A stretch of DNA of 64,000 nucleotides from contig CAVUDW010000002.1 of the NCBI GenBank assembly GCA_963740355.1, positions 320,001 to 384,000 on the forward strand, read 5' to 3'. The notes under the pieces are model-generated. The model was not told the DNA's origin. It saw only the letters and a list, made by a program, of their open reading frames with translations, and did no database searches. Below, in pieces: positions 29,737 through 39,577 of the stretch; position 1 is the stretch's first letter; every line of letters begins with the position of its first letter. The translations under genes and the position numbers were made by a program. The stretch comes from an uncultured Gemmatimonadaceae bacterium. GTDB taxonomy: Bacteria > Gemmatimonadota > Gemmatimonadetes > Gemmatimonadales > Gemmatimonadaceae.

Positions 29737-32436
29737 TTGCGTCACCGATCACTGTCACTGATGCTGGTTTTCACCGCCCTTGCGTGCTCTGCACGTGAGG
29801 GCGGTGCGCAGTCGGGTGCTGCAGATGCGCGGCTGGCGCCGGGGGTGCCGCATCTGCTGGCCACCGAGCGCGCGGCACAGCTGCGCGATGTGCGTTACAC
29901 CCTCTCCCTCGACGTCACACGGCCCGATACGGCGGCTGGTTCGGTCGTCGTGCGCTTCACACAACGACAGGCGCGCGAGGTCATCCTCGACTTTCGCGGC
30001 CTGGCCATCCGGCGCATCACGGCCAATGGGCATGCGGTCGACGTCACCGATCCCGCAGTCTGGAACAAGGCGCATGTGCGCATTCCCGCTGCGGTCGTGC
30101 GTGCTGGCGCGAACGAGATTCGGCTGGTTTTCGACTCGCCGATCGCGGCCGCCGGCGCGAGCATCATTCGCTCGCGCGATGCCAGCGATGGGCAGGATTA
30201 CCTCTACACACTGTTGGTGCCATCGGATGCGAACCTGCTCTTCCCCTGCTTCGACCAGCCGGACCTGAAGGCGCGTGTCACGCTCAGCATCACCGCGCCA
30301 TCCCGCTGGGCGGTGCTGGCGAATGGTGCTGCAGCGCGAAAGGACTCCTCGCTCAACACGATCACGCATCACTTCGCGGAGACGCGGCCGATCAGCACCT
30401 ACCTGATCGCGTTCGCGGCAGGGCCCTACGCGACGGTGTCGCGTGCACGAGTGCTGGCAGCTGGCTCGCCGATGTCGAATGTCAACCTGCTGGTGCGAGC
30501 GTCACGGCTGAAGGAGGTCGAGGCCGACTCGCTGATTGCGATGAATACGCAGGCACTCCGCTGGCTCGGTGACTGGTTTGGGATCGCCTATCCATTCGGG
30601 AAATACGACTTCCTGCTCGCACCAGCGTTCCCGTTCGGCGGGATGGAGCATCCGGGCGCGGTGTTCTACAACGAGCAGAGTTTCATCTTTCGCGAGCGTC
30701 CCACCATCTCGCAGTCGCTGGGCCGACAGGCGACCGTCTTCCACGAAGTCGCACACCAGTGGTTCGGCGACTACGTCACCATGCGCTGGTTCGACGATCT
30801 CTGGTTGAAGGAAGGTTTTGCCACCTACATGGCGGCCAAGATGCAGGCCGCCATCGCGCCGTCGGCGTCGCCATGGAAGACGTTCTACCTCCGCAACAAG
30901 CCGGTCGCCTACGGCACCGATGCCACGGCCGGCACGACGCCGGTATGGCAGGCGCTGGACAATCTCGAGCAGGCGAAGAGCAACTACGGGCCGATCGTCT
31001 ACAACAAGGCACCGGGCGTGCTGCGCCAGTTGAACTATCTCGTTGGGGAACAGGCATTCCAGCGTGGAGTGCGTCGCTTCCTGTCGCAGCATCCGTATGG
31101 CAATGCGACATGGCGCGACCTTTTGCAGGCCGTGGGCGGTGCATCGGGGCGCGACCTCACCAAGTGGGGCTCGCAGTGGATCCTGCGCCCAGGGATGCCG
31201 ATCGTGGAGCAGGAGATCGCCAGCGCGAATGGTCGGATCACGCGCCTCGCGCTGACACAGCGGCCGGCGCAGCCGGACGTGTCGGGCAATGATCCGTGGC
31301 CGCTGCGCGTCTCGGTGCTGCTCTGGTACACCGATGCGCCGCCGGTGCGGATTCCCGTCGAGATGACGGAGCGCACTACGGTCATCAACGCAGCCCGCGG
31401 ACGGAAGACGCCCGCTTTCGTTTTCGCGAACGACGGCGACTACGGCTATGCGATCGTGCTCCCCGATGAATCGAGCGTCCGCTGGCTGGAGCAGAACATC
31501 GGCTCCGTGAAGGACGACCTGCTGCGCGCCATGCTGTGGGGCGCACTCTGGGATCTGGTGCGTGAGGCGCGGCTGTCGCCGTCGCGTTACGCCGCTGCCG
31601 CACTGCGTGCACTGCCCCAGGAGCGAGACGAGCAGATCGCAGCGGCGCTCACGGCCCGCATCGGCGTTGCGGTGAGCCGCTATGGTAGTGAATCGGCACG
31701 TGACTCGTTGCTGCCAGCACTCGAGCGCACGTTGCTCGCCGGTGCCATGGATACCTCGCTCGCATATGGACAGCGGAAGTCGCAACTGGACGCCTTGATC
31801 GGGTCGGCGCAGTCACCCGCAACGCTGCAGCGACTCGATCGGTGGCTCGACGCCGATTCTGCGGCGGGCCTGCCACTGCGCGCACCGACGCGGTGGGCGA
31901 TCGTCACTCGACTTGTCGCGAACCGCTACGCCACCGCGTCGACGCGGCTCGCCGCCGAGACCGTGCGCGATTCGTCGAGCGAGGGGCAGCGTCAGGCCTT
32001 CGTGGCAGCGGCCGCCGTTCCGGATTCGGCGGCGAAGCGGGCCTACTTCGCGCGCTGGTTTGGCGACAACAGCTTGAACGAGGAGTGGGTGACGTCCAGC
32101 TTGCGCGCCTTTCACGATCCTGATCAGGCGGCGCTGACGCAGCGGTTCGTGGTGCCGTCGCTCGACACGCTGCCATGGATCCAGAAGAACCGTCGCATCT
32201 TCTTCCTTGGTGCGTGGCTCAGCGCAGCCATCGGCGGGCAATCGTCCCCCGAGTCATTGCAGCAGATCGATGCCTGGCTTGCAGCACATCCTGCACTTGG
32301 CGCCGACCTGCGGCGGAAGGTGCTGCAGGCGCGTGATGAACTGGAACGCACGGTGCGCATCCGAAAGAGCTTCGGTGGTGATCGCGTCAGCAGTGAGGCG
32401 CGCCATGACGCCACCGAGCGCTCGACGGTTAACTGA
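29737..32436 (+). CDS. pepN: M1-family aminopeptidase N (lipoprotein-like signal)
   Basis: FPCFDQPDLKA, GGMEH, HEVAHQWFG...WLKEGFA and IVYNK motifs; ERAP1-like C-terminus. Confidence 0.88.
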   Translation: MRHRSLSLMLVFTALACSAREGGAQSGAADARLAPGVPHLLATERAAQLRDVRYTLSLDVTRPDTAAGSVVVRFTQRQAREVILDFRGLAIRRITANGHAVDVTDPAVWNKAHVRIPAAVVRAGANEIRLVFDSPIAAAGASIIRSRDASDGQDYLYTLLVPSDANLLFPCFDQPDLKARVTLSITAPSRWAVLANGAAARKDSSLNTITHHFAETRPISTYLIAFAAGPYATVSRARVLAAGSPMSNVNLLVRASRLKEVEADSLIAMNTQALRWLGDWFGIAYPFGKYDFLLAPAFPFGGMEHPGAVFYNEQSFIFRERPTISQSLGRQATVFHEVAHQWFGDYVTMRWFDDLWLKEGFATYMAAKMQAAIAPSASPWKTFYLRNKPVAYGTDATAGTTPVWQALDNLEQAKSNYGPIVYNKAPGVLRQLNYLVGEQAFQRGVRRFLSQHPYGNATWRDLLQAVGGASGRDLTKWGSQWILRPGMPIVEQEIASANGRITRLALTQRPAQPDVSGNDPWPLRVSVLLWYTDAPPVRIPVEMTERTTVINAARGRKTPAFVFANDGDYGYAIVLPDESSVRWLEQNIGSVKDDLLRAMLWGALWDLVREARLSPSRYAAAALRALPQERDEQIAAALTARIGVAVSRYGSESARDSLLPALERTLLAGAMDTSLAYGQRKSQLDALIGSAQSPATLQRLDRWLDADSAAGLPLRAPTRWAIVTRLVANRYATASTRLAAETVRDSSSEGQRQAFVAAAAVPDSAAKRAYFARWFGDNSLNEEWVTSSLRAFHDPDQAALTQRFVVPSLDTLPWIQKNRRIFFLGAWLSAAIGGQSSPESLQQIDAWLAAHPALGADLRRKVLQARDELERTVRIRKSFGGDRVSSEARHDATERSTVN

Positions 32437-32453
32437 TCGGGCGCCGATGATCG

Positions 32454-33644
32454 TCAGCTGAAGGCGCGCAGCGCTTCGATGCGTGGTACGCGCGACTTCG
32501 GCGAATCGAGGGAGAACGACCGCGCATCGCCGAGTTGATCACGGACGAACGTCTCCGTCTCGTCGATGGTCGAACGCAGTGCCTTGTCCATCTTGCGTCC
32601 GAACAGCGCATGGACGATGCGCTGCGCTTCGGCGTCGAACTCCCACAGGCCAATCAGCTGTCCGCGATCGAGAATCGCATGACTCGGCAGGTCGGACAGC
32701 TTGCCGATCGAGACGAGATTCTTGTCGGACACCACCTGTCGCGCCGTATCGCTGTCGTCGAGCAGGCTGATGACGTTGCGGCGCGCGGCGGTGATCGTGT
32801 CGAGGCTGCTCACCAGCGCGTACTGTGGCGTGGTCGGTACTTCGAATGCGTTGAATGCGGAAAGGTCTGCTGAAGGAAGGAGCAAATCGCTGCCTGGCAT
32901 CGCTGGTACGAGGTCGAGCGCGGACACCGCGTCCTTCGCGAGCTTCGCCCCGAGGCCTGAGAACCACTGGAACTCCTTCATCGTGGCGGGGCCGATCCAG
33001 CGGAAGTACCGTCGAGCGATTGCGACATGCGCGTCAGCGGAGGAAAGTGCCGCACCCGCACGCGCATTCGGCGACCACCGCGTGTACGCATACCGCTGCT
33101 GATCGAGCCGACCATTGATCGGCACTCGGCGAATGTCGCCACTCGACTGCAGTCGGCCCAGCGCGAGGGGCAGGGTGGTCGAGAGCCCCTTCTTCTTTCC
33201 GGCTTCGCCCAACGATCGAGACGCCGATCCGGTGGCATCGCGCACTTCGTCTGGTGTGAGTGTCGCGTCGGTCAGCGCCTTCAGCACCGCCGCACAGAGC
33301 TTGTCGATCTCGCGCTCGGTGACGCCGAGCTTGAGTGCTTGTGCCATGTCGCCGCTGCCGAATTCATCAGCGAGCGTCAGCGCCAGCGCGAAGTCTGCTG
33401 CTGGTACGACGTAGGTGCAGCCGCGCGCGGCAGGGAGTTCGTGGATCTCGAGTGCGGCGACGGCGCGGTCGGCCTGCTCACGTGAACAGCGAGCGCGGGA
33501 AAAAAGTGTGAGGTACGGTCCAACGCCCGCCACGCTGCGCGACCATCCGGACTGCGAGAGAATTCCTGCCGGCTGCGCCTTCGCGAGTGTCCCGGTCAGT
33601 CCCTGTCGATACATCCACCAGGCGCGGAGTTTCGCGACGGCCAT
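32454..33644 (-). CDS. HTH_42 winged-helix protein (AlkZ/YcaQ DNA-glycosylase-like)
   Basis: PYLTLFSR, RRYFRWIGPAT.KEFQWFSGL and G.LIGLW motifs. Confidence 0.78.
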   Translation of the reverse strand: MAVAKLRAWWMYRQGLTGTLAKAQPAGILSQSGWSRSVAGVGPYLTLFSRARCSREQADRAVAALEIHELPAARGCTYVVPAADFALALTLADEFGSGDMAQALKLGVTEREIDKLCAAVLKALTDATLTPDEVRDATGSASRSLGEAGKKKGLSTTLPLALGRLQSSGDIRRVPINGRLDQQRYAYTRWSPNARAGAALSSADAHVAIARRYFRWIGPATMKEFQWFSGLGAKLAKDAVSALDLVPAMPGSDLLLPSADLSAFNAFEVPTTPQYALVSSLDTITAARRNVISLLDDSDTARQVVSDKNLVSIGKLSDLPSHAILDRGQLIGLWEFDAEAQRIVHALFGRKMDKALRSTIDETETFVRDQLGDARSFSLDSPKSRVPRIEALRAFS

Positions 33645-33856
33645 GACACTGTCCCGGCTGAATTGGGTGCTGTGGCGGATGCCGTTAGAAAGAGGCGCTG
33701 AAGCTCGAACGCCGAAAACGTAACATTTCGGCGCGGAGGGTCGGCCCGGGATGGCAGGACTAAAGCGGGGTGAACCATTGGCCGATACTGCAGAGTGTCC
33801 CGCGTCCGGCGGGCGCACAATGCACGCCTGCCACCGAAACCCCACTGGAGTCGACG

Positions 33857-34270
33857 ATGACCCATCCGTCCCGTATTCGCCTCTCGCTGGTCGCTGCTGC
33901 GATCACCGCTGTCACACTGCTGCACCCGACCGATGTCCTGGCCCAGGATGCCAGCCGCACCTATACGCTTGCCGAAGTCGAGACCAAGCCGTCGCTCGCC
34001 TCGGTCACCAACTTCCAGCGCATCGTCTCGGAAGGGTATCCCGAAGACCTGAAGCGTCGCCGCATGGGCGGCATCGCCGAGATCGCGTTCGTCGTCGATG
34101 CAACGGGCAAGGTCGAGCCGGGCAGCGTCGAAGTCGTCGATGCGACGCAGCCGGCCTTCGGTGAGGCCGCCAAGAAGGCGTTGCTGCAGGCTGGTTTCAA
34201 GCCGGGCAAGGTGAGCGGCAATGCGGTGCGCACCAAGGTTTCGCTGCCGATCGTGTATCGCGTGCAGTAG
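33857..34270 (+). CDS. TonB C-terminal domain protein
   Basis: YPE, FVVDATGKV and FKPG...G.AV motifs; signal peptide. Confidence 0.88.
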   Translation: MTHPSRIRLSLVAAAITAVTLLHPTDVLAQDASRTYTLAEVETKPSLASVTNFQRIVSEGYPEDLKRRRMGGIAEIAFVVDATGKVEPGSVEVVDATQPAFGEAAKKALLQAGFKPGKVSGNAVRTKVSLPIVYRVQ

Positions 34271-34289
34271 TCGCGACACGCTCGTCCGT

Positions 34290-34334
34290 CACGTCCCCGA
34301 CTCGCATCTGCCGAGTCGGGGACGTGGTGTTTTC
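34290..34334 (+). terminator. Intrinsic terminator-like hairpin
   Basis: 15-bp stem CACGTCCCCGACTCG/CGAGTCGGGGACGTG followed by GTGTTTT. Confidence 0.65.
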
Positions 34335-34369
34335 GGGAGCCACTTCCTGATTCCGTGTAGCTTTCGTGT

Positions 34370-34855
34370 ATGCCTCGCATCGCCTTCTCCGAGATTCCTG
34401 ATCGTGCCCGACTCTGGGTCTTCGCCGCCGACACGCCGGTAGCCGATCCCACCCCGTTGTTGAATGCGGTCGACGCGCATTTGTCGCAGTGGGCGGCGCA
34501 CGGCGTACCGCTCGTGTGCGCCCGCGACTGGCGTGATGATCGATTCCTCGCGATCGCCGTCGACGAGGCCGCGACAGGCGCGTCTGGCTGCTCCATCGAT
34601 GGCCTGTTCCGCACGATCGGTCGGGTGCAAGCGCAAGTCGGCGCTGACCTGCTGGCCTCGGGGCGCGTAGCCTGGCGCGATGGCTCGGGCGCGATCAATG
34701 TCACGCCACGAGGCGACTTCGAGGTTCTCGCCACATCCGGCGCGGTCACGGCTGACACGCCCGTCTTCGGTACGCTGTGCGAGACCGTGGGTGATTGGCG
34801 CGTGGAGTTCGTGAAGCCGGCGCGTGAAAGCTGGGCGGCCTCGCTCCTCCCCTGA
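34370..34855 (+). CDS. Conserved hypothetical protein (SGCSID motif)
   Basis: ARLWVF, WAAHG.PL and ASGCSIDGL motifs; no Walker motifs. Confidence 0.8.
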   Translation: MPRIAFSEIPDRARLWVFAADTPVADPTPLLNAVDAHLSQWAAHGVPLVCARDWRDDRFLAIAVDEAATGASGCSIDGLFRTIGRVQAQVGADLLASGRVAWRDGSGAINVTPRGDFEVLATSGAVTADTPVFGTLCETVGDWRVEFVKPARESWAASLLP

Positions 34856-34969
34856 ACGCAAAACCGCCGGCGCAGACAGGGCTGCACCGGCGGTCCGTAC
34901 TTCAGGGATTCAATTCGTGTGTTGCGGGCACTCGGTCACGACGGCGTGCGAACCCAACCAATCCGCCTC

Positions 34970-37426
34970 CTACCGATCGTCGTCGCTTCCGATCGGACTA
35001 CCCGGCGGCACGGTGATCTTCACCTTCTTCTCGGCCGGCTTGTACGTGCCGGCCATCCACGAGCGGATGTCGGCGGCCAGCTGTTCGGTCGAGGCATTGC
35101 CGCGACCAGTCACGCCTGGCCGCAACGATGTGCCGAGCATGTTGACCAATGCAAACCGAGCCTCAGCGCGCACCAGCGGCATGTCGGCGCTTTCAGCCAG
35201 TGTCAGCAGGTGATCGACATACGAGCGCTGCACCAGTGCCGAGAGCGTGGCATCGTAGGCGTTCGCCGCCGGCGCCCCGAACAGCTTCGACTCCATGCGC
35301 TTCAACAGGTCGCTGAAACCAGGCAGCGTCGGATCGATGGCGTGCTGCGCGACCAAACGTGCGGACCGCTCCTGATCGAGCAGCAGGTCGAAAGTGACAT
35401 TGGCGATGGTGGCGCCGGGCGCCAGCGGATCGAAGGTGATGCCAGTCCAGCGATCAAAGAGTTCGCGCGTCGACTCGATCAGGAAAGGGCGCGGCGGCAG
35501 CTTTCCGATCAGCGCGCGCGGCAAGGCGAGGTTCGCCGGCGACAACACATCAGCGATCGCATCGATGGCAATGTTCTGCTGCGCCGCCGGAACTGACACC
35601 GGCCCGGCCACACCATCACCGCGCAAGTTGTAAGCGTACGTCACACCGCCCACCACCTTGATCGCGGCCTCGAGCTGGTAGCGGTGATGCAGGTACACCG
35701 GCACCAGCACGTCTTCCATCGTCGCCAGCGGTGCACCGCGCTTGATCACGGTCTCGCCGAACTTGGCCAGCGCCCGTTCACGTACGGTCATCATGCGCTT
35801 CAGTTCCGTCACCGCATCGGCACCGTTGTCCCATAGATGCGTGTTCGGATGCGCGCTGCTAACCGGGCGGGCATCCTGGTCGGTGAGGAAGGTCAGGCCG
35901 CGCGTGCGCGCTGCCACCAGCACCGAGTCGAGCTGCTTCTTTTCGTCGCCCGGGAATTCGCCGTATCCCCAGGTCACGGCCACCTTGTCCCACTCACCGA
36001 TACCGGTTTCGTAGGCATTGGTGATGTCCACATCGCCGTTCGGCTTGAGCGTGATCATCGGGTGTGGATAGTCCATCACGCTGGTGTTCTTTTGCGCACT
36101 GCTGATGTAGTTGTGCGCCATGCCCAGCGTATGCCCTACTTCATGCGCAGCCAGCTGCCGGATGCGGGCCAGCACCATCGCCTCGACGCGCGCCGCCTTC
36201 TCCGTGCCGGTCGTGTACGGGCCATCGAGGCCTTCGCCGATCAGGAAGTCCTGTCGTGCGCGAAGTGAGCCGAGGATCACGTGGCCCTTCATCATCTCGC
36301 CGGTGCGCGGATCGGTGACCGCGCCACCGTAGCTCCAGCCACGCGTTGCACGATGTGCATACTCGATCACGTTGTAGCGCACATCGAGCGGATCGATCGA
36401 GTCCGGCAGCACCTCGACACGGAAGGCGTTGATGTAGCCCGCCGCCTCGAAGGCCTGGTTCCACCAGCGTGTGCCTTCCACCAGCGCGGTGCGAATCGGC
36501 TCCGGTGCGGTGTTGTCCACGTAGTACACGATCGGCTTCACAGCTTCACTGCGGGCAGCGCCAGGATTCTTCTTCTCGAGGCGGTGACGCGATGCGAAGC
36601 GCTGCACGAAGTCGCCACCGAGCGGCTGTGAATAGTCCTGATAGCTGATGCCGAAGAACGCCGAGCGTGGGTCGGCGGGGCGCATCTTGAAACCGGGTTC
36701 CGGCAGCGCGACCAGGCTGTGGCGCTCCCGGATCGTGAGCGCTTCTGGATTCGGCGTCACGTCGCGCACGTAGCGACCCGGGTTCGAGCCGGCGAGGGTG
36801 AGCGTGACCTCGATTTCGGTGTTGCGCGGGAAGGCCTTCGTGTGCGGCATGTAGACCGCGCTGCGCGACCGATCGAGGGCGAAGGTGCCCTGTTGGCTGC
36901 GGCGCAGGTTGCCGACGGCATCATGCGCATCACGCACCACGAATTCGGTGGCGTCGACGAGAACGCGTTGCCCATCCTGCGCCTCGACCGTGAAGCCGAA
37001 GATGGCGCTGCGTGCGAAGCTTTCTTCCACACCGCGCGCTTCGTTGGCGTCGGTCGTCACGCCGCGGAAGTTCGTGTTCTTCTCGATCAGCAGCACGCGC
37101 GGTCCGCTGCGGGTGAAGGTCACCAGTCGTTCGCGACCGAGCTGATTGCGATCGAGGCCGATGTCATTCGACCCCACGCCCCATGGCAGTGACGTGAAGT
37201 AGATGAACTCCTGGTCCATCGCCGGGATCTCGAGATAGAGCTTGCCGGTGCGCTCATCCCAATACAGCGGAAAGAGGCCGTCGCGCTTGGTCAGGCCGGC
37301 AGTGCGGGTGGCGATGCTGGGGAGGCCGGGAGCGGCGGCAGGGGTCGGCGTGGCGGCCGGCTGGGCCCCGAGGGCGGACAGCCCGACGAGGGACGACGCG
37401 AGCAAGGCGCGCAGGTGGCGTGTCAT
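34970..37426 (-). CDS. Zinc-dependent metalloprotease (DUF5117/DUF4953 type)
   Basis: HEVGHTLGMAH zinc motif, Met-turn SVMDY, DPRTGE and KPIVYY motifs. Confidence 0.9.
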   Translation of the reverse strand: MTRHLRALLASSLVGLSALGAQPAATPTPAAAPGLPSIATRTAGLTKRDGLFPLYWDERTGKLYLEIPAMDQEFIYFTSLPWGVGSNDIGLDRNQLGRERLVTFTRSGPRVLLIEKNTNFRGVTTDANEARGVEESFARSAIFGFTVEAQDGQRVLVDATEFVVRDAHDAVGNLRRSQQGTFALDRSRSAVYMPHTKAFPRNTEIEVTLTLAGSNPGRYVRDVTPNPEALTIRERHSLVALPEPGFKMRPADPRSAFFGISYQDYSQPLGGDFVQRFASRHRLEKKNPGAARSEAVKPIVYYVDNTAPEPIRTALVEGTRWWNQAFEAAGYINAFRVEVLPDSIDPLDVRYNVIEYAHRATRGWSYGGAVTDPRTGEMMKGHVILGSLRARQDFLIGEGLDGPYTTGTEKAARVEAMVLARIRQLAAHEVGHTLGMAHNYISSAQKNTSVMDYPHPMITLKPNGDVDITNAYETGIGEWDKVAVTWGYGEFPGDEKKQLDSVLVAARTRGLTFLTDQDARPVSSAHPNTHLWDNGADAVTELKRMMTVRERALAKFGETVIKRGAPLATMEDVLVPVYLHHRYQLEAAIKVVGGVTYAYNLRGDGVAGPVSVPAAQQNIAIDAIADVLSPANLALPRALIGKLPPRPFLIESTRELFDRWTGITFDPLAPGATIANVTFDLLLDQERSARLVAQHAIDPTLPGFSDLLKRMESKLFGAPAANAYDATLSALVQRSYVDHLLTLAESADMPLVRAEARFALVNMLGTSLRPGVTGRGNASTEQLAADIRSWMAGTYKPAEKKVKITVPPGSPIGSDDDR

Positions 37427-37609
37427 GGGAACGGTGGGGAGTGAGAGCTGGACCTTGGCGGAGTACGTCCTCCGGCAGGTGCCCGTTGCTCCCAGAATAC
37501 TGCCGCGCCGGGCCTTTGGCGGCACCGATTACCCGAGGTTTTAGTGGTTGAGGTCGCTTTTGACCGGCAAGTGTTATCTCCGGCTCATCTGCGTACGACA
37601 CTCCTCTGC

Positions 37610-38032
37610 ATGCCAGCGCTTGAACCTGCCGCCGTTCCTGAATCCGTGCCCACCGGCACCTCCGTCTTCATCGGCGCGCGCCGCTTCACGGCGCGCCGCA
37701 CCCGTCAGGGCACCCGCATCTGGGTCGGGAAGGACAAGCGCTTCATCGAGGTCGTGTTGCTCCGTACCGATGACCGCCGGTATGCGGTGGCACCGTGGCT
37801 GGAAGACGCCGCACCGCGCGCCATGCGTGAGCTGATTCGCAGCGGGCTGCTGATTCCGCCCGATCCGCTGACGATGCTGGAAGAGCCGACCTCGAATGAC
37901 GATGCCAACGATGCGGCATTGCGTGTGGCCGTCATCGAAGGGCTGGTCGAGACGTCCCAGCTATCGATGGACGATGCCTGGCAATCCCTGCGTGCGTGGC
38001 GCGCGCTCCGCGACGGCGTCACGCCCCGCTAG
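37610..38032 (+). CDS. Hypothetical protein
   Basis: Coding-like ORF filling the intergenic gap; no recognised motif. Confidence 0.6.
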   Translation: MPALEPAAVPESVPTGTSVFIGARRFTARRTRQGTRIWVGKDKRFIEVVLLRTDDRRYAVAPWLEDAAPRAMRELIRSGLLIPPDPLTMLEEPTSNDDANDAALRVAVIEGLVETSQLSMDDAWQSLRAWRALRDGVTPR

Positions 38033-38043
38033 CTGGTCCAGGC

Positions 38044-39084
38044 CTACGGCGTCAGCCAGCTGTCGCGATGTTCGGCGACGAAGGCGTCATCGGTGAGCCA
38101 CGGGTAGGACTGGATCACGCGATCGAGTTCGTCGGTCTGGCGGGGACTCAGCGTTTCGCGTGGATCGAGCGTCCAGGTGCCACGCAGCAGCCCCTGACGG
38201 CGCAAGACTTCATGGATGCCGGGAATGCAGCCGGAGAAACGGTGTAGCGAATCGAAGATCGCGCCGTTCGCATCGGTCAGTTCTGCCCCTTCCGTGAGCA
38301 GGCTGGGCGCCAGCGGTGAATCGCCGAGTGCCTTGATGCGGGCCAGCAATTCCACGGCGCGTCGCGTCCACACGGCCCACTGACCCAGCAATCCACCCAC
38401 GATGCGTGTGGTGTCGGCCCGACCATGTCGGCGCACGGGGAACGGTGTGGTGAGGTCGGCCACGATCGCGTCATCGTTCCCAGTGTAGAGCGCGACATCA
38501 TCGCGGCCGGCCGCGACGATCGCACGGACCACGTCCATCGTCCGATAGCGATCGAATGGCGCGATCTTGACCGCGATCAGCTGCGGGACTTCGGCCAGGT
38601 CGCGCCAGAAGCGGTACGACAGCACACGGCCGCCCACCGCCGGCTGCAGGTAGAAGCCGATGATCGGCATCACGTCGGCCACGTGGCGACAGTGGGACAG
38701 CAGCGCCCGCTCGTCGAGCGAGTCCAGTCCGCCAAGCGAGAGCAGCACCGCGTCGTAGCCAAGGGCACTGGCGATGCCGGCTTCGCTGATTGCTTGCGGT
38801 GTCTCACCGATCACACCAGCGATTCGCACAAACGGCCGCGGTGCCAGTTCGAGCGTCGCGTTGGCGGTCTCGATTGCAAGCTGGAGCACCGGGTGGTAGA
38901 GCCCGACCCGTCGAATCGCGAATTGCGTCGTGTGGACGCCCACCGCGATGCCACCAGCTCCCGCGGCCATGTAGTAGCGCGTCAGCGCACGTTGTGCGCG
39001 TTCATCCAGCGTTCGCGCCGCCGTCAGGGCCAGCGGGTGCGCCGGTATGACCTGACCGGCGAGAAGGTGCTGGCGAACGTTCAA
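38044..39084 (-). CDS. Dihydrodipicolinate synthase-family aldolase (start approximate)
   Basis: VIPAHPLAL, GVHTTQF, FYLQPAVGG, KIAPF and LYTGNDD motifs. Confidence 0.85.
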   Translation of the reverse strand: MNVRQHLLAGQVIPAHPLALTAARTLDERAQRALTRYYMAAGAGGIAVGVHTTQFAIRRVGLYHPVLQLAIETANATLELAPRPFVRIAGVIGETPQAISEAGIASALGYDAVLLSLGGLDSLDERALLSHCRHVADVMPIIGFYLQPAVGGRVLSYRFWRDLAEVPQLIAVKIAPFDRYRTMDVVRAIVAAGRDDVALYTGNDDAIVADLTTPFPVRRHGRADTTRIVGGLLGQWAVWTRRAVELLARIKALGDSPLAPSLLTEGAELTDANGAIFDSLHRFSGCIPGIHEVLRRQGLLRGTWTLDPRETLSPRQTDELDRVIQSYPWLTDDAFVAEHRDSWLTP

Positions 39085-39225
39085 GAGGCGTGCTCCGGCA
39101 TCGGATGTCTGGGGCCGGGCAGCTATTCCCGGTGTACGGAAGTTCCGCAGAACTGCCTTCACTACGATAATGACGATCGCCGCGCTCGGGCGATTCGTGA
39201 CACAATCCTGAAATTTCAGTGTCTC

Positions 39226-39570
39226 ATGCCACCTCTGTACCGCTTCATCCTGCTGCTGGCCTGTTCGAACGTCTTCATGACCTTCGCGTGGTACGCACAC
39301 CTGAAGAACCTGCACGACAAGCCGTGGTACGTGGCGGCGCTCCTCAGCTGGGGGATCGCGCTGTTCGAATACATGCTGCAGGTGCCGGCCAACCGGACGG
39401 GTGCCGAGGTGCTGTCACTCGGCCAGCTGAAGATCGTGCAGGAGGTGATCACCCTGACGATTTTTGTGCCGTTCGCGGTCTACTACATGAAGCAGCCGGT
39501 GAAGCTGGACTACCTCTGGGCAGGCTGCTGTATCCTGGGCGCTGTCTACTTCGTGTTCCGAGGCTCCTGA
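39226..39570 (+). CDS. DMT-family small membrane protein
   Basis: SNVFMTFAWYAHLK, SWGIALFEY.LQVPANR and QLKI.QEVITL motifs. Confidence 0.9.
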   Translation: MPPLYRFILLLACSNVFMTFAWYAHLKNLHDKPWYVAALLSWGIALFEYMLQVPANRTGAEVLSLGQLKIVQEVITLTIFVPFAVYYMKQPVKLDYLWAGCCILGAVYFVFRGS

Positions 39571-39577
39571 GCCGCGC

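Noticed and set aside
34370..34855. ABC ATPase label for the SGCSID protein
   Set aside because: No Walker A/B or ABC signature motif.
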